This document shows, in pieces, positions 8,702 to 17,914 of a stretch of 64,000 bases of DNA. The notes under the pieces are model-generated. The model worked only from the letters and a program-made list of their open reading frames with translations, was not told the origin of the DNA and did not search any database. Each line of letters opens with the position of its first letter. Within the stretch, counting starts at the first letter, position 1. A program made the position numbers and the translations under genes. The DNA comes from Acidobacteriota bacterium. Its GTDB lineage: Bacteria > Acidobacteriota > Polarisedimenticolia > Polarisedimenticolales > DASRJG01. The stretch spans positions 5,189 to 69,188 of the forward strand of contig JBGQLU010000001.1 of the NCBI GenBank assembly GCA_041500265.1. The letters are read 5' to 3'.

Positions 8702-11700
8702 TCAGGGACAAGGGTTGGTGTTCGGTCTCGGCGCCCCGGCGCTGTTGGTTCCCAGGCTTCCCTCGACCCCGCCGGTCACCCCCGTCACCAGGCTGTAACG
8801 GACCTGTCCGGGGCCCGGCAGAACGAGATCCTGCACGAACGTGTCGGCGACAACGCATTGCCGGTCCGCCAGCGGATTCGAGCCCGGCGCCTGGGTGTAC
8901 ACCCCCGTGCTCCTCAGTAACGACATGTCTCCCTCGTAGACGTTCCACGCGGTCGGCCCCGTCTCCGGCTGCCATTCGATGTAATTCTTGTCGTCGGTCC
9001 CGAGGATGTAGATCAACCCGTCGTTCAGGTCGCAAACATCCCCGACGCCGTCGTGGTCGAAATTCCCCTGTCCGGGGTTGAAGTCGAACAGGCAGTTGTC
9101 ACAGGCGTCGCCGACCCTGTCCCCGTCGGTGTCCGTTTGCGAGGGATTCGAGTCTTGCGGGCAGTTATCGCAGGCGTTTCCGAGACCATCGGCGTCGGTG
9201 TCGGTCTGACTCGAATTCGCGACCGTGATGCAGTTGTCGCAAGAGTTCCCGACGCGGTCCCCGTCGCTGTCGGTCTGCGAGGCGTTCGGGACCGTGGGGC
9301 AGTTGTCGCAGGCGTTGTGGACGCCGTCGGCGTCGGTGTCGACGCCCAGGGCGTCTTCATCGACCTGAGCGTTGCAGTTGTCGTCGATCCCGTTGCAAAT
9401 CTCCGTCGCCCCGGGGTGGATCGCGGCGCTGGCGTCGTTGCAGTCGTTCTGGCAGATCCGGAAGCCGTCTCCGTCGGCATCGGCTTCGTTGGCCGGAACC
9501 GTCGGCCACGACGGATCCGAGCAGTTGTTGTTCTTCCCGTCGCACAGTTGCGGCGCGCCGGGATAGACGGTGGCGTCGCCATCGTTGCAGTCGCCCGCGC
9601 AAACCCGGAACGCGTCGCCGTCGGCGTTCGCCTCGTTGGCCGGGACGGCGGGCCAGCTCGGATCGCTGCAGTTGTTGTTCTTGCCGTCGCACAATTGCGG
9701 AGCGCCCGGGTAGACGGAGGAGTCGGCGTCGTTGCAGTCGCCCTGACAGATCCGGACGCCGTCGAGATCGGCGTCGGACTCGTTCACAGGAACGCTGGGC
9801 CACGTCGGACTACTGCAGTCGTTGTTGAGCCCGTCGCACAACTGTGGAGCTCCGGGGTAAACGGCGGCATGTGCGTCGTCGCAATCTCCGGCGAGGCTCG
9901 CGTACCCCGTCGGCGGAACTCCATCGCAGACGGTGATCGCGTCGTCGGAGCGGCCGAACCCGTCGCCGTCGGAATCTCGGTAGACGACCGCGGAGTTCGG
10001 ACAGGCACAATACCGGCCTCCCGTCGCCGTCAGATCGCTCCCGCCCCAGACGATCATCTCCGTCCCGTCGTAGACGGCCGCGTGGTTGGCTCGCGCGGTC
10101 GGCTCGCCGGCGCTTCCGGTCGCGGTCCACGAATCGACGCTCGGCGTGTAGCGACCACCCCCTGCGGTGTTGCCACTCGCCGCCCTACCGCCCCAAACGA
10201 TCATGTCGCTTCCCGTCCAGACGGCTCGGTGCTGATCACGCGGGCTCGGAGCGCCCGCCAAGCTCGTTGCTGCCCAGACGTCGGACACTGGGTTGTACCG
10301 GCCGCCCGTTCCGAGCACGGAGGATCCATTGCTTCCGCCCCAAACGAGCATCTCGCTCCCGTCCCACACGGCAGCGGAGTTCGAGCGCGCTTGGGGCGCA
10401 CCGGCGGCGTTCATCGGCGTCCACGAGTTGGACCCGGGGGAATATCGCGCCCCGTCACCGAACCAGGTCCCCGTCGCGAAACCGCCCCAAACCACCATGA
10501 CGCCGCCGGTCCAAACCGCCACATGAACCGCCCGCGGCGATGGAGATCCGGTCGTCGTCGTGAGCGTCCAAGTGTCGGTCAGCGGGTTGTAGCGACCGCC
10601 CGAATTCACGGGGCTGCTCGCGCCGAACCCTCCCCAAACGATCATTTCCGTGCCGCTCCACACGGCGGTGTGGGATTCGGCTCCTGGCGGCGCACCCGTG
10701 AGTGTCGTCGCGGCCCAGGAATTGCTGGACGGGTCGTACCGCGATCCCGTGGCGTAGGGGGCGTTCGGATCGCTCGAGTCTCTCCCGCCCCAGATCACCA
10801 TTCTGGATCCGGTCCACACCGCGGACTGTCCGAGCCTCGCGCTCGGAGCGGACACCGCGCTCGTCGGAGTCCAGCTGTCGGTCGCAGGGACGTATCGCGC
10901 TCCGGAGGCGAGCGGGTAGAACTTGCTCGACTGATACCCGCCCCAGACGACCATTTCAGCCCCGGTCCAAATCGCCGTGTGCGACTGACGCGCAGAGGGA
11001 GTCGTGCCTTGGCTGACGGGAACCCACGAGTCGGCGTCGACGTCGTACCGCGCCCCCGTCGATTGTGCCAAGCCCGTCACACTGTCCAATCCCCCCCACG
11101 CGATCATCTCGGCGCCGGTCCAAACGGCGGAATGCTGATGTCGCGCCGAAGGGGCGTTGACCGTCGTCGCCGGACTCCAGGCGTCCGACGTGGGGTCATA
11201 CCGACCGCCGGTCTGAACCGAGGTCGGCGTCGCCCCTCCCCAGATCACCATCCGCGATCCGGTCCACACGGCAGTGTGCTGGCGCCTGGGGGCGGGGGCT
11301 GCGGAGACCGAGGTCGGCACCCAGGTGTCGCTACCCGGGCTGTACCGGCCGCCGGAGTCGAGATAGAAAGTCTGGCTGGACTGGAAGTACGAGCCGCCCC
11401 AAACGATCATCTCGGATCCCGTCCACACCGCGCTGTGAAGCGCGCGTCCGATCGGCGCGCCCGTCAACGAGGTGGAAGTCCAGGAATCCGACGACGGATT
11501 GTATCGACCGCCGGTGTTGGCGTAGCTACCGGCAAGACCCCCCCAGACGATCATCTCGGAGTCGGTCCAAACGGCCGTGTGTTGATAACGAGCCTGGGGG
11601 GCTGTGTCGATCGCTGTTGGCTGCCACGTATCGCTGAGCGGCTCGTAACGGCCGCCCGTCTTGGTCATGGACCCGGAAGCGACGCCCCCCCAGATGATGA

Positions 11701-13009
11701 CTTTGGAACCGGTCCAAACCGCGGTGTGGAACGCGCGGGCGAGCGGTGCGCCGCTCGTGGATGTCCCGGACCACGAATCGGCCGCTGGATCGTACTGCCC
11801 ACCCGTCGCGTAATAGGTCGAGCTACCGTCCCATCCCCCCCAGACGACTGCTCGGGTTCCGGTCCAAACTGCCGTCGCGTTTTCCCGCGCGGTTGGGGCG
11901 GCCGCACCGTTCATTAGAGTCCACGTGTCGGTTGAAGGATTGTAACGAGCGCCCGACGCGAGCATATGTGAGAGTCCGAATCCGCCCCACACGATCATCT
12001 CGGAGCCGGTCCACACGGTCACGTGCGCGAACCTCGCATCCGGCGCGTCCTGGCGCGTAGGAGTCCATGAGTCTTGCGCGCAGCCTGATCCGTTGGGGAC
12101 CACGAATGAGAACGGCCCCGCGGTGGCAGCGATCCGGACCGACTCGGACGGTGACCGCGACCGCCACCACGATTCGAACGGGAGCTTCACAAAGTCCACC
12201 GTCCCGATCCTGATGAAATCGGATCCGCGATCGAGGACGATCAGCAGGTGGAACCCGTCCTCGTCCTCAAACAGGCCGCTGGCCTTGTTCAGCGGAAGCT
12301 CCGTCGTTTGGAGCACGCGCCGGCTCGATCGTTCCTGGAGTGCGAACCTCGTAGCGAGCTGCGCCAGAAGCTCATCCCAGGAGTCGGCATCGAGCGTGCG
12401 GTCCCGAGATTCGCCGACGACGCCGCGGGCCGCGTTCGACCGGAGACGCCACGTGATCTCCGAGTAGGCTCCGCCGAGGTCCCTCAGGCCGGGCGCCGAT
12501 TGGGCCTCGATCGCGGCGCGTACTGCGCGCGAGCGCACGGTGGCGTGAATCGTCGCATCCGTCGCGTACCAGTTGCGGATCAGCCGATCTGCAAGGATCG
12601 GACGAGCGAGACATTCGCCGATCAGCTCCGGGTCGTTTTCGAGAGATCGGAAGATCTCCAACAAGATCGAGGGGTCCCGCGTCGAGGCGGCGATGCGCGT
12701 CATCTCCGCCTGCAGCTGAGAGGCGGTTAGTGGTCGACGCCAGATCGTCGCCAGGGCACTCGACTTTCTGAGGTAGTCCTCGACCTTCGCGCGGATCGCC
12801 GAATCCGGCATGACCTCGGACAGCGGCGGCTTCGCCCCGGGGTTGTCCTTGGGCCAGATCCTGTGCCGCCAGTAGACTTCTTCGATTGCCCTCTGCGCGG
12901 CGACACGATCCTCGAACGTTAGGGTGCGGGGAGCGGCCATCGCGGCTCCCGTGCACAGACATGAGAGCGCGACCGCCAAGGTCGCGACGACCCGCTTCGG
13001 TGAGCCCAT
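8702..13009 (-). CDS. secreted 14-blade Kelch-repeat / MopE-like Cys-module / TSP3-repeat protein (upstream paralog)
   Basis: The track ORF is 8702..13048 and begins at a GTG with no ribosome-binding site. The ATG at 13009 gives a clean signal peptide, MGSPKRVVATLAVALSCLCTGAAMA, so I use that start. The architecture matches 4587..8669, with 14 blades, but it has 4 MopE-like modules. Confidence 0.85.
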   Translation of the reverse strand: MGSPKRVVATLAVALSCLCTGAAMAAPRTLTFEDRVAAQRAIEEVYWRHRIWPKDNPGAKPPLSEVMPDSAIRAKVEDYLRKSSALATIWRRPLTASQLQAEMTRIAASTRDPSILLEIFRSLENDPELIGECLARPILADRLIRNWYATDATIHATVRSRAVRAAIEAQSAPGLRDLGGAYSEITWRLRSNAARGVVGESRDRTLDADSWDELLAQLATRFALQERSSRRVLQTTELPLNKASGLFEDEDGFHLLIVLDRGSDFIRIGTVDFVKLPFESWWRSRSPSESVRIAATAGPFSFVVPNGSGCAQDSWTPTRQDAPDARFAHVTVWTGSEMIVWGGFGLSHMLASGARYNPSTDTWTLMNGAAAPTARENATAVWTGTRAVVWGGWDGSSTYYATGGQYDPAADSWSGTSTSGAPLARAFHTAVWTGSKVIIWGGVASGSMTKTGGRYEPLSDTWQPTAIDTAPQARYQHTAVWTDSEMIVWGGLAGSYANTGGRYNPSSDSWTSTSLTGAPIGRALHSAVWTGSEMIVWGGSYFQSSQTFYLDSGGRYSPGSDTWVPTSVSAAPAPRRQHTAVWTGSRMVIWGGATPTSVQTGGRYDPTSDAWSPATTVNAPSARHQHSAVWTGAEMIAWGGLDSVTGLAQSTGARYDVDADSWVPVSQGTTPSARQSHTAIWTGAEMVVWGGYQSSKFYPLASGARYVPATDSWTPTSAVSAPSARLGQSAVWTGSRMVIWGGRDSSDPNAPYATGSRYDPSSNSWAATTLTGAPPGAESHTAVWSGTEMIVWGGFGASSPVNSGGRYNPLTDTWTLTTTTGSPSPRAVHVAVWTGGVMVVWGGFATGTWFGDGARYSPGSNSWTPMNAAGAPQARSNSAAVWDGSEMLVWGGSNGSSVLGTGGRYNPVSDVWAATSLAGAPSPRDQHRAVWTGSDMIVWGGRAASGNTAGGGRYTPSVDSWTATGSAGEPTARANHAAVYDGTEMIVWGGSDLTATGGRYCACPNSAVVYRDSDGDGFGRSDDAITVCDGVPPTGYASLAGDCDDAHAAVYPGAPQLCDGLNNDCSSPTWPSVPVNESDADLDGVRICQGDCNDADSSVYPGAPQLCDGKNNNCSDPSWPAVPANEANADGDAFRVCAGDCNDGDATVYPGAPQLCDGKNNNCSDPSWPTVPANEADADGDGFRICQNDCNDASAAIHPGATEICNGIDDNCNAQVDEDALGVDTDADGVHNACDNCPTVPNASQTDSDGDRVGNSCDNCITVANSSQTDTDADGLGNACDNCPQDSNPSQTDTDGDRVGDACDNCLFDFNPGQGNFDHDGVGDVCDLNDGLIYILGTDDKNYIEWQPETGPTAWNVYEGDMSLLRSTGVYTQAPGSNPLADRQCVVADTFVQDLVLPGPGQVRYSLVTGVTGGVEGSLGTNSAGAPRPNTNPCP
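9371..9692 (-). repeat. near-identical ~320-nt tract shared with 5256..5577 (copy 2)
   Basis: See copy 1. The tract encodes QLCDGKNNNCSDPSWPAVPANEANADGDAFRVCAGDCNDGDATVYPGAPQLCDGKNNNCSDPSWPTVP.NEADADGDGFRICQNDCNDA.AAIHPGATEICNGIDDNCN. Confidence 0.8.
10005..12083 (-). repeat. intragenic tandem coding repeats (14 Kelch blades)
   Basis: Same signature as above, in ORF 8702..13009. Boundaries are approximate, from CAQDSW to GGRYCAC. Confidence 0.8.
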
Positions 13010-13109
13010 GTTCGCCCCCGCGCGCGGCTCCGGAGGACCCCCGTTCACCGGGACGCGTTGGTTTCGTGATACGCCGCTGGGCGCGCGGCGTCAATAGAGG
13101 ATTGCGGAG

Positions 13110-14573
13110 CTACGAAGGGCCGCCGCGGCGAACCGATTCCACCAAGGAACTGGTGGATCGTCCGGCGACGAGAGGGATCGTCTCGACCCGGCCGCCATAG
13201 GCGATCACGTCCTCGGCGCCGACGATCGTCCCAACCGTGTAGTCGCCCCCCTTCACCAACACGTCGGGGCGCAGCGCGCGGATCGTTTCGAGCGGGGTGT
13301 CGTCGTCGAACACGATCACCAGATCGACGGCATCCAGGGCACCGATCACCTTGACGCGGTCGGCGGCGCCGACGAGCGGACGCTCGGGACCTTTGAGCCG
13401 GCGCACCGACTCGTCCGAGTTCAGGGCCACGACCAGGACGTCACCCAGGGCCTTGGCCCGTTCGAGGAGGTGGACGTGGCCCGCGTGGAGGAGGTCGAAG
13501 CAGCCGTTGGTGAAGACGATCCGTTTCCCCGCGCTCCGGAGGTGCTCGCAGCGCGCGACCGCCTGCGCGAGATCGACCGCCTTGGCGGTCGACCTGGAGC
13601 CCTCGGCGTCGGCGGCGATCTCGGACGGGGTCACCGCGCTCGTCCCCACCTTGGCGACCGCGATTCCCGCCGCCACGTTCGCAAGGCGCGCCGCTTCCGC
13701 GGCGTTGATCCCGGCCCCAAGTCCGAGGCCGAAGTAGGCGAGAACCGTATCGCCGGCCCCGGTCACGTCGTAGACCTCGCGCGCCCGCGCGGCGATCCGG
13801 TCGATCGGGCGCCCCTCGTGCGAGAGGATCATGCCTTCGTCCCCGAGCGTGATCAGCACGTCGCGGGCGCCGCAGGCCGCCCGGATTCGCTGGACCGCCT
13901 CGTCGAGATCGCCGTCGGTCCGCAGCGTCAGCCGCGTCGCAGCCTCGGCCTCCGCGCGATTCGGGGTGATCGCCGTGCACCCCCGGTAGAGCCCGAAGTC
14001 GAGCGACTTCGGATCGACGATCACCGGGATGCGTCCCGCCGATTGGTCGATGGTCGCGGCCAGCGTTTCGCCGGTCACGACCCCCTTGGCGTAGTCCGAA
14101 ACGAGGATCGCATCCGCGCCGTCGATCGCCTTCACGAGCGCGGCCGCAAGCTTGATGCGCAATCCCTCCGCCGGAGGGGTCCGTTCCTCGGCGTCGAGCC
14201 GGAGGACGTGCTGCCCGCGCGCGACCACGCGCGTCTTCACCGTCGTGGGACGGGTGGGGTCGCGGACGATCCCGGCGACGTCGACCCCCGCCGTCGCCAG
14301 ACCCTCGATCAAGAGCTTTCCGGCGGCGTCGTCCCCGATGAGCCCCACGATGCGGGCGGTCCCGCCCGCGACCGCGACGTTGTGGGCGACGTTGGCCGCC
14401 CCGCCGACCGCGTGCGAGCGGCGGCGCACCTCCACGACCGGCACCGGGGCGTCGGGTGAGATTCGGCGCGCGTCTCCCCACACGTACTCGTCCAGCATCA
14501 GGTCGCCCAGCACGACGATCCGGCGGCCGCGCATCGCGGCCAGGAGCGCGTTGATCCGCTCCAGGCTCATCAC
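13110..14573 (-). CDS. hldE: bifunctional D-glycero-beta-D-manno-heptose-7-phosphate kinase / heptose-1-phosphate adenylyltransferase
   Basis: 487 aa. An N-terminal ribokinase-like half (RIVVLGDLMLDEYVWGD) is fused to a cytidylyltransferase-like half (IVFTNGCFDLLHAGHVHLLERAKALGD). This is the classic HldE/RfaE architecture. Confidence 0.92.
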   Translation of the reverse strand: MMSLERINALLAAMRGRRIVVLGDLMLDEYVWGDARRISPDAPVPVVEVRRRSHAVGGAANVAHNVAVAGGTARIVGLIGDDAAGKLLIEGLATAGVDVAGIVRDPTRPTTVKTRVVARGQHVLRLDAEERTPPAEGLRIKLAAALVKAIDGADAILVSDYAKGVVTGETLAATIDQSAGRIPVIVDPKSLDFGLYRGCTAITPNRAEAEAATRLTLRTDGDLDEAVQRIRAACGARDVLITLGDEGMILSHEGRPIDRIAARAREVYDVTGAGDTVLAYFGLGLGAGINAAEAARLANVAAGIAVAKVGTSAVTPSEIAADAEGSRSTAKAVDLAQAVARCEHLRSAGKRIVFTNGCFDLLHAGHVHLLERAKALGDVLVVALNSDESVRRLKGPERPLVGAADRVKVIGALDAVDLVIVFDDDTPLETIRALRPDVLVKGGDYTVGTIVGAEDVIAYGGRVETIPLVAGRSTSSLVESVRRGGPS

Positions 14574-15175
14574 GCGGGAAGCTCGCTCTCGACCAGCTCG
14601 GAGAGCAGGTGGAGGAGGGTGATGTGGGCCTCCTGGATCCTCGGGGTTTCATCCGACGGGGCGCGGATGATCAGGTCGGCGTGCTCGTCCATGCGCCCCG
14701 GATTCTTCCCGGAGAACGCGATCGTGGTCGCTCCCGCGGCGCGCCCCGCGGCCAACGCCCGCGACACGTTTTCGGAATTGCCGCTCGTCGAGAGCGCGAC
14801 GACGACGTCACCCTTGCGAGCCAGCGCCTGAACTTGCCGCGCGAAGATCTCGGCGAAACCGTAGTCGTTTCCCACCGCGGTCAGGATCGAGGTGTCGGTC
14901 GTCAGCGCGATCGCGGCGCACGCGGGCCGCTCGCGCCGGTACCGGCCGACCAGCTCCGCCGCGAAGTGCTGGGCGTCGGCCGCGCTCCCCCCGTTGCCGC
15001 AGACGAGGATGCGGCCACCGTCGGAAAGCGTCTTCCGCATCGCTCGCGCGGCGGCTTCAAGCGGGCTCGTGTCCATGCCGCACAAAGCTTCCGCCACCGC
15101 CCGATGGGCCGCGAGCTCCCGTTCGATGGTCCGCTTCATCGGCGTAGGATTGACGATCGCCCGGTCGAGCGTCAA
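14570..15175 (-). CDS. gmhA: phosphoheptose isomerase (SIS domain)
   Basis: 201 aa with GGRILVCGNGGSAADAQHFAAELVGRY. It overlaps the hldE start by 4 nt. Confidence 0.9.
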   Translation of the reverse strand: MTLDRAIVNPTPMKRTIERELAAHRAVAEALCGMDTSPLEAAARAMRKTLSDGGRILVCGNGGSAADAQHFAAELVGRYRRERPACAAIALTTDTSILTAVGNDYGFAEIFARQVQALARKGDVVVALSTSGNSENVSRALAAGRAAGATTIAFSGKNPGRMDEHADLIIRAPSDETPRIQEAHITLLHLLSELVESELPA

Positions 15176-15936
15176 CTCGGGCCGCGCTCATCCGGCGCGA
15201 GGTGCGCGACGATCGCGCGCCGGACGTGCTCGCTCAGCCCCTCGGTGTCGTCCGGGGCGTAGAGCGCGACGTCGATGGGGGTTTCGAAGGTGACCGTCAC
15301 GGGTCCCGGGGTCACCACCATCGAGCGCGGCCGGACCACCTTCCCGGTTCCCGAGATGGAGACGGGGACCACGGGGACCCCCGCGCGGAGCGCCAGGTGG
15401 AACGCCCCCTTCTTGAAGGGGGCCAGCTTCCCGTCACGGCTGCGGGTCCCCTCGGGGAAGAGGATCACCGACGCGCCCGCTCGGATCGTCTCCGCCGCCT
15501 TCTGGAGGCTCTCCACCGCGGCCCGGCGGTCCTTGCGGTCGATCGGGATGAAACCGGCCACGATCATCGCCTGGCCGAGCACGGGGATCCAGAAGACCGA
15601 CCGCTTCGACACGAATCGCGTCGTGTCGGGGAGAGCCGCGGTGAGCACCCAGATGTCGAGGGCCGAAAGATGATTCGCCAGGAAGATCCGGGGCGCTCTC
15701 CCGCTCGCGTGCTCGAGCCCGCGATACACCGGCTTGATTCCCATCGCCCAGAACTGGAGCCGCGACCAGACCCGGCCCAGGCGGAAGACGATGTCCGGGC
15801 GGCGGGTCAGTCCCCCGGCGACGATCGCCACGAGGCCGAGGATCGTCGTGGAGACGATGAAGGTGGCGGCGGAGAGGAGCCCACGGAGCATGCGGCGCGG
15901 GAGTATAGCCGCGCCGCGGCGGGCTCCTGGTAGCAT
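15172..15936 (-). CDS. plsC: 1-acyl-sn-glycerol-3-phosphate (lysophospholipid) acyltransferase
   Basis: 254 aa with an N-terminal TM helix and acyltransferase blocks NHLSALD and FPEGTRSRDG. It overlaps the gmhA start by 4 nt. A shorter start at 15891 (MLRGLLSAA) is possible. Confidence 0.85.
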   Translation of the reverse strand: MLPGARRGAAILPRRMLRGLLSAATFIVSTTILGLVAIVAGGLTRRPDIVFRLGRVWSRLQFWAMGIKPVYRGLEHASGRAPRIFLANHLSALDIWVLTAALPDTTRFVSKRSVFWIPVLGQAMIVAGFIPIDRKDRRAAVESLQKAAETIRAGASVILFPEGTRSRDGKLAPFKKGAFHLALRAGVPVVPVSISGTGKVVRPRSMVVTPGPVTVTFETPIDVALYAPDDTEGLSEHVRRAIVAHLAPDERGPS

Positions 15937-15944
15937 CCGCGCCG

Positions 15945-16355
15945 ATGAATCGCGACATCCCGGCCGAGGCCCCGTGGCGCATGCTCGGGCGCGTCATGGG
16001 GGCCGGCGCCCTCTTCGACGGCGCCTTCGCGCTGGCGATCCTGGGACCCACGCGTCTGGCGGCGAGCCTGCTCGGGCTCACCGTGCCGGCGGACCCGTTC
16101 TACCTGTACCTGAACGGGGTGCTTCTACTCCTCCTGGCCGGGCTGTACGCGCTGCCGGCCGTGGATCCGAAGCGGTATCACCGGGTGGCGCCCGTCTCGG
16201 CCGCCGGGCGGTTTCTCGGGTTCGCGCTGTTCGTCTGGGGATGGTCGGGAGGACGCCCCGCCGCTTTCCTGGCGCTCGGGGCGGCCGACCTCGGGATCGG
16301 AGGGCTGACGCTGTGGGCGTGGGCGAGCACCCGGCGTGTCGCGCCAAGTGTCTGA
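15945..16355 (+). CDS. small hypothetical integral membrane protein (about 4 TM helices)
   Basis: 136 aa with hydrophobic helices (GAGALFDGAFALAILG, LNGVLLLLLAGLYAL, FLGFALFVWGW, LGIGGLTLWAW). Third-position GC is strongly elevated in this frame. I recognise no family. Confidence 0.55.
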   Translation: MNRDIPAEAPWRMLGRVMGAGALFDGAFALAILGPTRLAASLLGLTVPADPFYLYLNGVLLLLLAGLYALPAVDPKRYHRVAPVSAAGRFLGFALFVWGWSGGRPAAFLALGAADLGIGGLTLWAWASTRRVAPSV

Positions 16356-16407
16356 AACCATTGATCCTTGACCCGCCCTCGGCCGGTCCCTATGCTTCCT
16401 GAGCGCG

Positions 16408-17163
16408 ATGAACGGTCTGTTGCGGTCGTGGCTCACCGAGCTCGGGGGGATGGCGGTTCTGGCCGGGGGCACGCTCCGGCAGGCCCTGCGCCCTCCGTTC
16501 GAACGGCGCCTTTGGCTGGACCAGCTCTTTCAGCTCGGGGTGCAATCGCTGACGATCACGAACGTCACCCTCCTGTTCACGGGGATGGTGCTCGCGGTTC
16601 AGACCGCCTACTCCCTCTCGTCCTACGGAGGGACCTCGTTCGTCGGCAACCTGTTGAGCCTCGCGATCGTGCGCGAGCTGGGACCGGTTCTGACCGCGCT
16701 GATGGTGGCGGGAAGGGTCGGAGCGGGAATCACAGCCGAGATCGGATCGATGACCGTCACCGAGCAGGTCGATGCGCTCCGGGTACTCGCCGCGAGCCCG
16801 ACCAAGAAGCTCGTCGTCCCGCGCGTCGGTGCCTTGGTGATCGCCCTGCCGCTCCTGACCGTCCTCGCCGACGTCGTCGGCCTCTTCGGCGGCATGGTGA
16901 TGGCGGTCAGCGAGATCGGTCAGTCCCGGGCCTACTTCGTCAGCCACGTCCTGCTCGCGATTACCGTTCACGACGTCACCAGCGGGGTCGGCAAGACGTT
17001 CTTCTTCGCGTTCTTCATCGGCATCATCGCCTGCTACAACGGGCTGGCGGCGACGGGTGGGGCCGACGGCGTCGGGAGGGCGACGACCAACACGGTGGTG
17101 GTGGCGTCGATCGCGGTGATCGTGTCGGATTTCTTCCTGACGAAGATCTTCCTCTTCTTCTGA
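16408..17163 (+). CDS. mlaE: phospholipid/lipid ABC transporter permease MlaE
   Basis: 251 aa with the MlaE signature LGPVLTALMVAGRVGAGITAEIGSMTVTEQVDALRVLA. Confidence 0.9.
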   Translation: MNGLLRSWLTELGGMAVLAGGTLRQALRPPFERRLWLDQLFQLGVQSLTITNVTLLFTGMVLAVQTAYSLSSYGGTSFVGNLLSLAIVRELGPVLTALMVAGRVGAGITAEIGSMTVTEQVDALRVLAASPTKKLVVPRVGALVIALPLLTVLADVVGLFGGMVMAVSEIGQSRAYFVSHVLLAITVHDVTSGVGKTFFFAFFIGIIACYNGLAATGGADGVGRATTNTVVVASIAVIVSDFFLTKIFLFF

Positions 17164-17170
17164 GGCGACG

Positions 17171-17914
17171 ATGGCGGCTCCCTTTCTTCGATTCGTCGGT
17201 GTCCACAAGAGCTTCGACGGGAAAGAGGTCCTGCGCGGGGTCGATCTGGACGTCCGGGAGGGGGAGACCTGCGTCGTCCTCGGGGGGAGCGGCTCCGGCA
17301 AGTCGGTCCTGATCCGCCACGCCGTCGGGCTCCATCGTCCGGATGCCGGGGAGGTCTGGGTGGACGGGACCGAGATCTCGGGCCTCGACGAGGAGGAGCT
17401 CTTGGACACCCGGAAGAAAGTCGGGATGCTCTTCCAGGCGGGCGCCCTGTTCGATTCGATGACGGTCCGGGACAACGTCGGATTCGCGCTCGAGGAGCAC
17501 ACGACGTGGGACGACGACAAGGTGCTCGCGCGTGTCCTCGAGGTCCTGAAGCTGGTGGAGCTCGACGGCGTGCTCGAGCTGATGCCCGCCGACCTGTCCG
17601 GAGGGATGCGCAAGCGCGTCGCGCTCGCGCGCGCGATCGCGCTCGCCCCGCGGGCGATCCTCTACGACGAGCCGACCACGGGGCTCGATCCGATCACCGC
17701 GAACACGATCAATCACCTGATCCGGAGCCTCCAGGCGAAGCTCGGGGTGACCTCGATCGTCGTCACGCACGACATCCTCTCGGCCTTCACGGTCGGAGAC
17801 CGGATCGCGTTCCTCCAGGACGGTAAGATCCTGTTCCACGGAACCGTCGACGAGGCGAAGTCGGCGCCGGTCCCGCTCCTTCGAAACTTCTTGCAGGGAG
17901 GCGGCTATGCCTAA
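17171..17914 (+). CDS. mlaF: ABC transporter ATP-binding protein MlaF
   Basis: 247 aa. Walker A is GGSGSGKS, the ABC signature is LSGGMRKRVALARA, and Walker B is ILYDEPTTGLD. Confidence 0.9.
   Translation: MAAPFLRFVGVHKSFDGKEVLRGVDLDVREGETCVVLGGSGSGKSVLIRHAVGLHRPDAGEVWVDGTEISGLDEEELLDTRKKVGMLFQAGALFDSMTVRDNVGFALEEHTTWDDDKVLARVLEVLKLVELDGVLELMPADLSGGMRKRVALARAIALAPRAILYDEPTTGLDPITANTINHLIRSLQAKLGVTSIVVTHDILSAFTVGDRIAFLQDGKILFHGTVDEAKSAPVPLLRNFLQGGGYA

Noticed and set aside
5433-11917. Very long plus-strand ORFs (5433..8798, 1121 aa; 9053..11917, 954 aa) antisense to the Kelch-repeat genes, plus many smaller ORFs in this region
   Set aside because: Their repetitive translations (…PDDHLG.GPDGG…) simply mirror the antisense strand of the Kelch coding repeats and are Arg/Gly/Pro-rich. 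The minus-strand frames carry the signal peptides and the canonical Kelch, MopE-like and TSP3 motifs.
5745-12083. Regular ~150-nt periodicity that could suggest a CRISPR array, satellite or other non-coding tandem repeat
   Set aside because: The periodicity lies entirely within two long ORFs and corresponds to Kelch blades. The units are diverged at the DNA level, and there is no repeat-spacer structure and no cas genes.
4587-13009. Diversity-generating retroelement or phase-variable target in the repeat proteins
   Set aside because: - The window has no reverse transcriptase and no template/variable repeat pair with adenine-specific differences.
- I saw no homopolymeric or short simple-sequence tract.
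- The near-identical tract is better explained by gene conversion between the paralogs.
13010-13109. Functional link between ADP-heptose genes (gmhA, hldE) and the downstream Kelch/TSP3 proteins, such as protein heptosylation as in AIDA-I/TibA systems
   Set aside because: The idea rests only on adjacency and shared strand. The window has no heptosyltransferase (Aah/TibC-like) gene, and heptose genes are fully explained by LPS core synthesis. I keep it only as a remote possibility.
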